This document shows positions 8,166 to 15,829 of a DNA stretch of 20,000 nucleotides, in pieces. Every line of letters begins with the position of its first letter. Position 1 is the stretch's first letter. The position numbers and the translations under genes were made by a program. The notes under the pieces are model-generated. The model searched no databases and was not told the origin of the DNA. It was given only the letters and a program-made list of their open reading frames with translations. Source of the stretch: an uncultured virus (IMG/VR IMGVR_UViG_3300031759_000004) (lineage: Duplodnaviria > Heunggongvirae > Uroviricota > Caudoviricetes); the IMG/VR virus record IMGVR_UViG_3300031759_000004, positions 109,046 through 129,045 of that record; one strand, given 5' to 3'.

Positions 8166-8969
8166 ATGAAAAAGCTAACGGTGCTTAAAAATAAATTTCC
8201 ACCAGGCACTAGAACAGGAAAGCTAGTCGTCAAAGGCTACGAAAAATACGGCAAACCTCCGTATTTTTGGATGCTCGTTTGTCGCTGTGACTGCGGCAAT
8301 ATAATTAGGGAAAGGCCGCACAGACTCATGGCTCGAACAGTTAAAAGCTGCGGCTGTAGTTTTGCTGGGTGCGCAACTGACAGGTTCAAGTCTACGTATC
8401 CAACAGGCTTAAAGTTCGGACAGCTTACGGTGATTGGCTATGATATTAAACCTTTTGAAACTGCGCAGCGCAATGGAAGTACAGTTGAACGACGCGTCAT
8501 CTGTGTCTGCGCGTGCGGCAAGAAAAAGTCAATAGCGGTAAAATCGTTAAAATGCGGAGGAACCATCAGCTGCGGCTGTGTGGGGATCAAGAACAGGGTA
8601 GCGGCGGCAAAACGAGCATGGTCGTTACCTCCTGGTACCGCCTCGTTTAACGCAGTCTACGGTCAAGTCAAAAGACAGGCGGTGAACCGGGGTATAGCGT
8701 GGGTTTTGACCCCGGATGAATTTAAGCGCGTCGTAGCTGAAAAATGTTTTTACTGCGGAGCGCCGCCGTCAAAGTCGTACCGTACTCGTACATCAATCGT
8801 AGATTTTGTATACAACGGTATTGATCGTCTGGATTCTGGCTCTGGCTACACTGTCAGCAACTGCGTGCCCGCGTGCAAAGTGTGCAATTATGCCAAAAAC
8901 ACAATGAGTGTAGACGAATTCAAAACATGGATTCGCAACATATCAGCTCATTTTCTCGGGCTGCGCTGA
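8166..8969 (+). CDS. HNH-type (homing-like) endonuclease with two N-terminal Cys-rich repeats
   Basis: Two G.L.V..CxCxCG..L..SCGC repeats; C-terminal CFYCG..NGIDRLDS..GYT..NCVPACKVCNYAK. Visibly AT-richer than the flanks. Start moved from 8127 to ATG 8166, which avoids overlap with the divergent gene and has the motif 4 nt upstream. Confidence 0.85.
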   Translation: MKKLTVLKNKFPPGTRTGKLVVKGYEKYGKPPYFWMLVCRCDCGNIIRERPHRLMARTVKSCGCSFAGCATDRFKSTYPTGLKFGQLTVIGYDIKPFETAQRNGSTVERRVICVCACGKKKSIAVKSLKCGGTISCGCVGIKNRVAAAKRAWSLPPGTASFNAVYGQVKRQAVNRGIAWVLTPDEFKRVVAEKCFYCGAPPSKSYRTRTSIVDFVYNGIDRLDSGSGYTVSNCVPACKVCNYAKNTMSVDEFKTWIRNISAHFLGLR

Positions 8970-9155
8970 TCATCGCAATTTCGAGTTTCTCTCGTTTTCC
9001 TGCTCTACTTTTTCGTTGCGCCAGTGGACCATCTGGCGCAGGATGTCGTCGGGCACGCGGCTTAGCTCCAGCGTCAGGCCCTTGCCATCCCAGGCCAGTT
9101 CAAACAGGGTTCTCCAGCGGTCTTGGCGGCTAATATAAGCCGCCTCAACGAAAAA
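8970..9155 (-). CDS. Start-less gp51-like / 'T' tail-assembly chaperone segment, probably expressed by frameshift from the 9145-9909 gene
   Basis: Open +1 frame FFVEAAYISRQDRWRTLFELAWDGKGLTLELSRVPDDILRQMVHWRNEKVEQENERNSKLR*. The first canonical start codon is an ATG only 20 codons from the end. The stop abuts the HNH stop exactly. Not in the ORF track. Confidence 0.7.
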   Translation of the reverse strand, partial: FFVEAAYISRQDRWRTLFELAWDGKGLTLELSRVPDDILRQMVHWRNEKVEQENERNSKLR

Positions 9156-9156
9156 A
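9125..9156 (-). promoter_or_regulatory. Putative programmed frameshift site: slippery TTT TTT C plus downstream hairpin
   Basis: Minus strand GAG TTT TTT CGT TGA, then GGCGGCT-tatatt-AGCCGCC (7-bp stem, 9125-9144) starting 6 nt after the T-run. Confidence 0.65.
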
Positions 9157-9909
9157 CTCCTGACCCAGGTCCAGCACGTGGTCGAAGGTCTTCAGGCACT
9201 CGTCGCACTTGTGTGGCACGGCGGTGTTCAGATGCGGCGTGATGCGGCGGCCCTCCTTTTCGAGAAATTTGGAATCCGCTGGCGACAGCGCCCGAAACCA
9301 TTGGATCAGCTCTTCCAGCGCGTCGGGTCGGGTGTCGTTGATGGTGACGACCCGCATCAGGGTGCGCAGCAGTGTGTCAGGCACCCGGGCGCGCTCCACG
9401 GTGGGTCGGCCCACGATGGCGCGCTCGTCCTTGACCAACAGCGGGCGCACCTTGACGACGTCCTGGACGTCCGGCAGGGTGATGACATCGAAACCGGGAT
9501 AATCCGGCTCCTTGACCCCCACCGGCTCCAGCTCGTCAGGAATGGCGATGGTTTCGTCCTTCTTGGCCCCGCAGTGCGGACACACGGAGGTGTAGCGAAT
9601 ATGGTCGTTGGCCAGGCGCGCCCGGGACACCAGCAGGATCAGGTTGATCTCGTCGGCGACAAAATCGTCCAGCCTGCCGCCGTTGAGGTTGCAGCAGCGC
9701 TCGAACAGGCTAAAGATCAGCTCCTCCTTGGTCAGCTTGCGGGCGTTCTCCACGAACCAGTCGTCAACTTCATTGTCCCAGGGGTAGACGGTCAATTTGC
9801 CGCCGGGCCAGGCCGTGGGGCTGGTGTAGCCGCGCGAGAGCAGGGTGATTTCCCGCTTGTACGCGTCTCGGCGCGGGACCAGTGATTTCAGGTTGGTGCG
9901 AATAGCCAT
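9145..9909 (-). CDS. Baseplate hub / tail assembly chaperone, T4 gp26-like
   Basis: LILLVSRA, CPHCG, ITLP..VKVRPLLVKDE, LSPADSKFL, CDEC and the terminal FF dipeptide, as in gp26-like proteins. Downstream of the spike. GTTCTTAG 6 nt upstream. Confidence 0.75.
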   Translation of the reverse strand: MAIRTNLKSLVPRRDAYKREITLLSRGYTSPTAWPGGKLTVYPWDNEVDDWFVENARKLTKEELIFSLFERCCNLNGGRLDDFVADEINLILLVSRARLANDHIRYTSVCPHCGAKKDETIAIPDELEPVGVKEPDYPGFDVITLPDVQDVVKVRPLLVKDERAIVGRPTVERARVPDTLLRTLMRVVTINDTRPDALEELIQWFRALSPADSKFLEKEGRRITPHLNTAVPHKCDECLKTFDHVLDLGQEFFR

Positions 9910-9930
9910 AGGCCACTAAGAACGCAAAAC

Positions 9931-10908
9931 TCAGTCTGCCACGGTGACGGTCTGCGAAAGCAGCTGCGTGGCCTCCGGGGTGATCGAGGACGTGGGCTGC
10001 GTGGGCGGCGACGTCGGGTTCCCTGGATTGCTGCTGGTGTGCGTGTGAACGGCCAGCCAGACGAACAGGGAATTGATCCATTCCACCAGGTAATTGCCCA
10101 AAACGGCCTGCTGGGTAGCCCCAATGCCCAGCGTCAGGTTGGTGAAGCCCAGCACCATTTCCCCGACGGTGGTCAGGTTCAGGTCGCTCAGGCTGTCGAT
10201 GGTGATGTCGCCGACGGTGGAAATGTCAATGTTGTCGAAAGCGGTCAGGGCGATGCCGCCGCCGCTGTCTACACTGAAGTCATCGGCCAGGGTCTGCCAG
10301 GAAAAGCTGTTGGAGATGCCGGTCACGCCTTCGTAGACATTGAAGTACAGGTCCTGGAGCACGTTGAACTTGACCGTGTCGTCCAGATCGTCGAACTGGC
10401 AGTAGTTGCCGTTGGGCGTCGTGACCATGATGTTGCCGTCCGAAGAGCCGACCTCGGTGTCGTCGGTCAGAACAATGCGGTACCCGGCGCTGGTGGTGGC
10501 GATCAGCGAACCCTCGTTCATCTCGATGGCGTGGCTGTAGCGGGTCCAGACGGTGCGGTTGGGCTTGCCCACGGGCGTGCCGATGTCATAGGTGTGCAGC
10601 TTCAGTTTCTGCGCCCCGTTCATGGTTTGCATGCCCCACTCCCAGATGGGCTTTTCCGGCTCCCCATCCAGGAAGCGAACCCAGACGGGATCGCCCGGCT
10701 CCGGTATCTGGGAGAAGCCCCCGCTCAGGGCACTGCCACCGGCAGGCATGCCTGCTGGCATGGCCCATGGCAGGTCGCCGGTGCCGATGTAGCCCGAGCC
10801 GGTGGCGCTGGTGCCATAGACGTGCGGGACGCGAACCTTCAACCGGCCAAGTTTCAGCGGGTCCTGGTTTAGCTCCACCGTTCCGGCATACGTAAAGTTA
10901 AGGTTCAT
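9931..10908 (-). CDS. Baseplate central spike (gp5/VgrG/gpV OB-fold plus beta-helix)
   Basis: DPLKLGRLKVRVP..LPWAMP..IPEPGDPVWVRFLDGEPEKPIW OB-fold, repetitive beta region, and C-terminal HTH..PTSPP metal-binding tip. No lysozyme domain seen. ATG 10908 preferred to TTG 10914. Confidence 0.9.
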   Translation of the reverse strand: MNLNFTYAGTVELNQDPLKLGRLKVRVPHVYGTSATGSGYIGTGDLPWAMPAGMPAGGSALSGGFSQIPEPGDPVWVRFLDGEPEKPIWEWGMQTMNGAQKLKLHTYDIGTPVGKPNRTVWTRYSHAIEMNEGSLIATTSAGYRIVLTDDTEVGSSDGNIMVTTPNGNYCQFDDLDDTVKFNVLQDLYFNVYEGVTGISNSFSWQTLADDFSVDSGGGIALTAFDNIDISTVGDITIDSLSDLNLTTVGEMVLGFTNLTLGIGATQQAVLGNYLVEWINSLFVWLAVHTHTSSNPGNPTSPPTQPTSSITPEATQLLSQTVTVAD

Positions 10909-10915
10909 GCTCAAG

Positions 10916-10923
10916 GTAGTTAC
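10916..10923. promoter_or_regulatory. Shared bidirectional motif GTAGTTAC/GTAACTAC between divergent genes
   Basis: Only 19 bp separate the ATGs at 10908(-) and 10928(+). The motif matches GT(A/T)NNTA on both strands. Confidence 0.6.
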
Positions 10924-10927
10924 TCAA

Positions 10928-11797
10928 ATGTCGCGTGACGCTGATAATAAGAACCTGGTTAACCTTTGGGGACGGCAGACGGACGCCAACACGTCCAGCG
11001 TGCTGGAACCGCAGCGCTCGGACTTGTTCCTGGTGGACCTGACCCTGGCGGCGGGCGGCATCCAGAGCGCCGCCAACGTCAAGCTCAACGCGCAGCTGCG
11101 CCAGTTTGTGCGCAGCGTCAGCCTGCCTGAAGTCAGGCTCAAGGCGGAAGTGTTCCGCCGGGACTCGGTGCCGTACAACATGCCCAACTGGGACGACCCG
11201 GTGGAAGCCGCTAAAATCACCTTTGTGGTGGACACCTGGGAGGGCACCGACCGCAGTGACACGGCGGACCTGCTGGACGCCTGGGTGGCGCTGACGCGGG
11301 CGGGGCGCGGGGCACGCTACGGCGGGTTTGCGGGCCTCAGTCCCCAGGGATATTTCACCCTGGACAGCAATTTTAGCACGACTTGCCGGTTCGACATCAA
11401 CGTCAGCTTGCTGCGCGGCAACATGCAGAATATCGTCCAGGGGCTGAGCGGCACGACGACCACCGGCCAGGTAAACGGTGCCCAGCTCGCTGCGGTGGCC
11501 AAGTACAACAGCCTGCTGAAGCAGCAGGCGGCCAGGCAGTCGAACCAGGGCGCGGCCACCAGCACGCCCGCTGGTCCGCAGGGCGCACCGTCCGCCACGG
11601 CGGCAGCCACCCTGCCTCAGATGGAGGAACACACCAAGTGGGTGCTGCGGCAGTGCTGGTGCGCCGGGTACAAGCTGTCGGACCTGAATTACACCGAATC
11701 CCAGCTGCTGACCCTGGAAGCCACGTTTTACCCGGAAGCGGTGGAACGGTACACGTCCACCCTCAACTTTAACGGCGCACCGACGATACCCTCATGA
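10928..11797 (+). CDS. Tube-like baseplate protein (tube initiator, gp48/gp54-like), paralog of the tail tube
   Basis: LEPQRSDLFLVDL vs tube LDLQRSDLWKVNI; FVRSVSLP; LDAW; WVLRQCWCAGYKLSDLNY..LEATFYPE. Start moved from 10907 to ATG 10928. Confidence 0.75.
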   Translation: MSRDADNKNLVNLWGRQTDANTSSVLEPQRSDLFLVDLTLAAGGIQSAANVKLNAQLRQFVRSVSLPEVRLKAEVFRRDSVPYNMPNWDDPVEAAKITFVVDTWEGTDRSDTADLLDAWVALTRAGRGARYGGFAGLSPQGYFTLDSNFSTTCRFDINVSLLRGNMQNIVQGLSGTTTTGQVNGAQLAAVAKYNSLLKQQAARQSNQGAATSTPAGPQGAPSATAAATLPQMEEHTKWVLRQCWCAGYKLSDLNYTESQLLTLEATFYPEAVERYTSTLNFNGAPTIPS

Positions 11798-12933
11798 GCA
11801 ACCTTTCGCAGTCGGTCATCAACCTGGTCACCCAGTTTCGACCGCCGTTTTCCCGGTCAGCCACCCTGCTGTACGCGTACACCGCCGAGGGCAGCGTCAA
11901 CCTGGGCATCACCGTGCAGCTGGCGGCGGGAGAGAGCGCCATCGCTCCGGCCACGGGGACGGTCAGCCGGATATGGACGTCGCTCCCGGAGTTTTACACG
12001 GAAGACCCGGTGCTGCTGGCCACGTACGCCACCAACGTCACCATTGACTGCGGCCTGGGCGTGCTGGTGACGCTTAGTGGCCTGGCTTCCACCGGGCTGG
12101 TCACGGGGCAGCCCGTTACGCGCGGGGCGCTGGTTGGACCGCCGAAAACCAGCCAAATCTGGATGGGAGTGCTCGTCGGCACCGTCCCGTTGGACCCTCT
12201 GCGGCTAAATCCAACCTTTTTGGTGCAAGATGGGGCCGAGGTCCTGGGCCAGTACGACATGATCCGGTTCGCTCCTGACGTCCTGCCGCGCGATCTGAGT
12301 GGTGGCACGGCAGCCACCCTGGTCGGCGGGAAGCGCTATTTTACGCCGGACGCGACGCAGCTGCTGGTCAATGTCGATTTTAACGGCACGGGTCTCAAGC
12401 AGGGTCCGGCTCAGGTCGGCAAAACCGCCAGCGACTACTGGAATGTCTACACTCCCGCCAGTTATACGGCAACGGTGGACCATACCTGCGGCTACGGATA
12501 CGGGTATGGTTGGGTGTTTTCCAGTGCTCCGCTGATTCCGCTGCTGAATTACGACCGCAGCCTGAGCGTCGTTTATTTGGAACGGGTTGCGCCGCTGACA
12601 TCGGCGGCAGGCACCCAGAGCACTTTTGATCCCATGTTGAACACGTACGCAGGCGGTCCGTCCGTGCCCAACACGTTCAACCTGCGCAACATCCCGCCCG
12701 GCAGCTACACCCTGTACGTCTATTCGGCAGCCGCCTCGGGCACCAGCAGCGTCTACATTGGAGTTAATGGCGGTGCTCCTGTCTTGCACACGGTCAACAA
12801 CACGGCAGCTACGTCTTTTGTAGCCGGTCAGAACTACGTGGCCGTTTCGGCGGCGGTCAACAGCACGGGAAAAATGAGCTTTGCGGTCTATGGGTACCTG
12901 TCGGGACTGCAACTACTCCGAACCGGCAGCTGA
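11794..12933 (+). CDS. Putative baseplate/virion protein: degenerate M23 peptidase-like domain plus beta-sandwich domain
   Basis: AIAPATGTV..VTIDCG..LVTGQPVTRGALVG..LDPL follows the M23 scaffold without the zinc ligands. The C-terminal half is T/S/G/Y-rich and beta-like. ATGA overlap. Confidence 0.6.
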   Translation: MSNLSQSVINLVTQFRPPFSRSATLLYAYTAEGSVNLGITVQLAAGESAIAPATGTVSRIWTSLPEFYTEDPVLLATYATNVTIDCGLGVLVTLSGLASTGLVTGQPVTRGALVGPPKTSQIWMGVLVGTVPLDPLRLNPTFLVQDGAEVLGQYDMIRFAPDVLPRDLSGGTAATLVGGKRYFTPDATQLLVNVDFNGTGLKQGPAQVGKTASDYWNVYTPASYTATVDHTCGYGYGYGWVFSSAPLIPLLNYDRSLSVVYLERVAPLTSAAGTQSTFDPMLNTYAGGPSVPNTFNLRNIPPGSYTLYVYSAAASGTSSVYIGVNGGAPVLHTVNNTAATSFVAGQNYVAVSAAVNSTGKMSFAVYGYLSGLQLLRTGS

Positions 12934-12950
12934 TTCAGTTCTAAAGCTGC

Positions 12951-15056
12951 ATGGCATGGCCTGAACATCGTTTTGTCTCGGCGGTAATGGTGGTGCGCCC
13001 CTGTGATTTACGGGACGCGGCGCTAAACTCGATTTACTGCTTTATTCGCCAGACCTGGCCGGTAAAAGAGTTGATCGTGGTTAACAGCACCGGTGTCGCC
13101 CTGGCTCCGCCGAACGCCGATATTCAGGAAGTGGTCGGTCTCCCTCTGCCCTACGGCGAATTGCGCAACCAGGCGCTGGCGCTGGCCACTGGCGAGTGGA
13201 TTTTTAACTGGCTGCCGGACGCCTGGTATGCGCCTGAATACCTCGACACCCTGCTGGGCAAAGCCAACGGCGCAAACGTGCTGCTGTATGGCCAGGACCG
13301 GCGCTTCTGCGGCTACGCCAAGGCAGCTCTGGGCAAGATTCGTTATGACGACCACGGCTACGAGCACCTGTTTCTGGGTCAGTTGGGAACCCCGGTAGCG
13401 GTGCATTCCGACCGCGTCCTGGCCCACCACGTTAAGTCGGAGACCAAGGTCCGAGACGCGGAAGCGCCCAAGCTGACGGTCGCGTCGCCCAAGCCGGACG
13501 GCTCAGTAATCGTAAATTTGGGGCGCATCGGTGACATCATTAACGTGCTGCCGGTTTGCCGGGCGCTCTTTCTGCGCAGCGGCATCGCGCCCAAAATGAT
13601 GGTCTGCCCGGAGTTTGCCGCCATACTGGAACGGGTAAGCTACGTGGAGCCAGTGTTGTTTCAAGGCAGCCTTCACGACGCCGAATCGGCGGTAAAGGAA
13701 GTCGAGGGCACCGGGCTTAAGGCGACCAACTGCATGTTTTTTGGAACGTCTAAAAATCGCAAGACCGGCGCTAACTTTCTGAAAGCCCAGTGGGAGAAGC
13801 TTGGCTACCTGGAGCAGTGGGGCAAGCTGCCGCTGGTGTTTGACCGTCGAAACGCGACCGCCGAGACGGCGGTGTTCGACCGGTTCAACCCCGACTCGCC
13901 GTACGTGGTCACCTGCTTAAAAAGCCATTCCTCGCCGCCGACCGATGCTGAGGCTGCCTGGGTGCAAAAGTTGCTGGCCGAACTCTGCCGGGAATGGGGC
14001 TGGTCGGTTGTAGACATTTCTGAGGTACGGTTGGACAACTTTGCGGATTTTCTGCTGCTGCTGGAAAATGCGAAACTGCTAGTCTGTGCCGACACGGCCA
14101 TTTTGCACCTGAACCGGGCGACCAACACGCCGTCCATACACTTCGGAAGGCCCAAGTGGGAATGCTCGGGCCGGGTGGAGAACGTGGTCTTTCATTGTCC
14201 CTGGATCGAGCTTACGCTGTGGGAGAATAGCATCCGCGAAGCCTTCCTTTCCGTGGCCCGGCCCGATCTGCCCTCCGTTCCGCTCCTGATCCACGGTAAA
14301 CCGCGCCTGGTCAGTATCTGCTATCTGCCGCCGCCGGAAGTCGGGCACAATGACGTGTTTTTCCGCAATTTAAGCGCCAATCCCCCGACGTTCCCGGTGC
14401 ATTACGTCAGCGAGACCCCGGATTATCAGCCGCAGCACCTGCTGGCCGAGCCGATCAGGTGCGGAGCCAACACCCACGTTACCGGCATTGGTATTTTCAA
14501 CGAGGTGATCAAAGTGGCGGAACAGTTGGACGCCGAGTTTTTCATGCCCATTGAACCCGACTGCCGGGTCAAAGGCGGGGCCTGGGACGAGCGCCTGCTG
14601 CGCGAGGCGCTGGCCCACAACCCGGACTTTTTGCTGGCAGGCACCCCGGTGCCCTTTCACACTCAATTTGCCGGTCCCGGGGTGCGCACGATATGCCGCT
14701 TGATTGTGCGCGAGTATAACCGGGTGACCGGTGCCCACATTTACTCCCTGCGCGACGAGTGGCTGCCGCGCGAGCAGTGGACGCTGTTTCCCAACGGATG
14801 CTTCGCCATTTACCGGACCAAGGAAGTGGTTGCCGCCTGGAAAAGCGGAATCTACACCGACAAGCCCTGGGACATGCGCGTCGGCCTGGAGCTGGCGCGG
14901 ACCTACGGCCTGGAGTACCTGGAGCGCTTCTCGCCCGTCACCCAGGCGCTGTCCTTTAACGGCGAGTGCTTTATCCAGCGCGACTACCAAAAGCGAAGGC
15001 TCGTAGCCGGAGCGGTCGCCGGAATACACAACATTAAAGACACATGGACACCCTAA
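12951..15056 (+). CDS. Multi-domain glycosyltransferase (degenerate GT2-like + GT9-like + GT-A-like)
   Basis: FIRQTWPVKELIVVN..GELRNQAL..GEW (GT2-like); LGRIGDIINVLPVCRAL and LLVCADTAILHL..TPSI (GT9-like GT-B); FFMPIEPDCRV..PNGCFAIY..WD (GT-A-like). Confidence 0.75.
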   Translation: MAWPEHRFVSAVMVVRPCDLRDAALNSIYCFIRQTWPVKELIVVNSTGVALAPPNADIQEVVGLPLPYGELRNQALALATGEWIFNWLPDAWYAPEYLDTLLGKANGANVLLYGQDRRFCGYAKAALGKIRYDDHGYEHLFLGQLGTPVAVHSDRVLAHHVKSETKVRDAEAPKLTVASPKPDGSVIVNLGRIGDIINVLPVCRALFLRSGIAPKMMVCPEFAAILERVSYVEPVLFQGSLHDAESAVKEVEGTGLKATNCMFFGTSKNRKTGANFLKAQWEKLGYLEQWGKLPLVFDRRNATAETAVFDRFNPDSPYVVTCLKSHSSPPTDAEAAWVQKLLAELCREWGWSVVDISEVRLDNFADFLLLLENAKLLVCADTAILHLNRATNTPSIHFGRPKWECSGRVENVVFHCPWIELTLWENSIREAFLSVARPDLPSVPLLIHGKPRLVSICYLPPPEVGHNDVFFRNLSANPPTFPVHYVSETPDYQPQHLLAEPIRCGANTHVTGIGIFNEVIKVAEQLDAEFFMPIEPDCRVKGGAWDERLLREALAHNPDFLLAGTPVPFHTQFAGPGVRTICRLIVREYNRVTGAHIYSLRDEWLPREQWTLFPNGCFAIYRTKEVVAAWKSGIYTDKPWDMRVGLELARTYGLEYLERFSPVTQALSFNGECFIQRDYQKRRLVAGAVAGIHNIKDTWTP

Positions 15057-15829
15057 ACGAAGAAGCCCTGCGGGTCAGAGTGAACAAGGTTAAGTGGTAC
15101 CACACCATGGAAGTGCCGGGCACCAGCATCGTCACCCACGGCCACAGTCTCGGACTGGAGAAATCCTGGAACTGGATCAAGGAGCAGCTGAACGATTTGC
15201 ACGCGCGCAAGCTGCTTAAAGGTCCGGCCCTCGACATAGGCTGTCGCGACGGCATGTTCAGTTTTTGGCTGGAGGACAACGGCATCGAGCCAGTCACCGG
15301 CATTGATAACAACATCAGCGAAGGCATTGGCCTGATGCGCGAACTACGCGGGTCCAAGCTGACGATCCGGGAAAAGTCCGTGTATAGCTTGGATCGGGAC
15401 AACCAGTTCCGCACCGTGCTGTTCATGGGCGTCCTGTACCACCTGCGGTATCCAATCAATGGCATATCTGCCGTCGTGGGCGCGACCCAGACCGGCGGCA
15501 TCATTGTCGTGGAATCTGGATTCTACGGGCCAAATGACGAGCCGCTGATCCACTGCCCGGTCACGACGTCGCCGTGGGACGCGACCAGTTGCACTTTCTT
15601 TAATCTGAGGGGGCTGGACGAAACTTTCGCGTCCTTTGGCTGTAAACGGGTTGGTGAAGCTGTTTTCATGGACCACGGCAAGGATGACCATACCCTGCGC
15701 GGCATGGCGGTCTACACCAAGTGCCGGGAGATGCGCTTTGATTACTGGGAAGGCATTCACCGCGACTACACCAACCTGGACGAAAGCGCCAGCAGCCGAC
15801 TTATTCGGTCGGAAGTTGCCGAGCTATGA
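15044..15829 (+). CDS. Class I SAM-dependent methyltransferase (CmoB/DUF1698-like)
   Basis: KWYHTMEVPG, ALDIGCRDGMFSF, VTGID, VLFMGVLYHLRYP, GGIIVVES. Confidence 0.88.
   Translation: MDTLNEEALRVRVNKVKWYHTMEVPGTSIVTHGHSLGLEKSWNWIKEQLNDLHARKLLKGPALDIGCRDGMFSFWLEDNGIEPVTGIDNNISEGIGLMRELRGSKLTIREKSVYSLDRDNQFRTVLFMGVLYHLRYPINGISAVVGATQTGGIIVVESGFYGPNDEPLIHCPVTTSPWDATSCTFFNLRGLDETFASFGCKRVGEAVFMDHGKDDHTLRGMAVYTKCREMRFDYWEGIHRDYTNLDESASSRLIRSEVAEL

Noticed and set aside
9074..9301. The -1 frame ORF as the frameshift target of the gp26-like gene
   Set aside because: It would add only about 25 unremarkable residues, and G TTT TTT is an imperfect -1 heptamer. The +1/-2 frame gives a gp51-like peptide that fills the gap exactly.
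2783..11797. Interpretation as an eCIS, tailocin or T6SS locus
   Set aside because: The gp14-like head-closure gene, flap exonuclease, homing-type HNH and T4-like gp26 organisation favour a phage. Capsid genes are not in the window, so this is not formally excluded.
15044..15829. Calling the methyltransferase cmoB (tRNA modification)
   Set aside because: Only family-level similarity; it is shorter than CmoB and sits among GTs, so a glycan substrate is more plausible.
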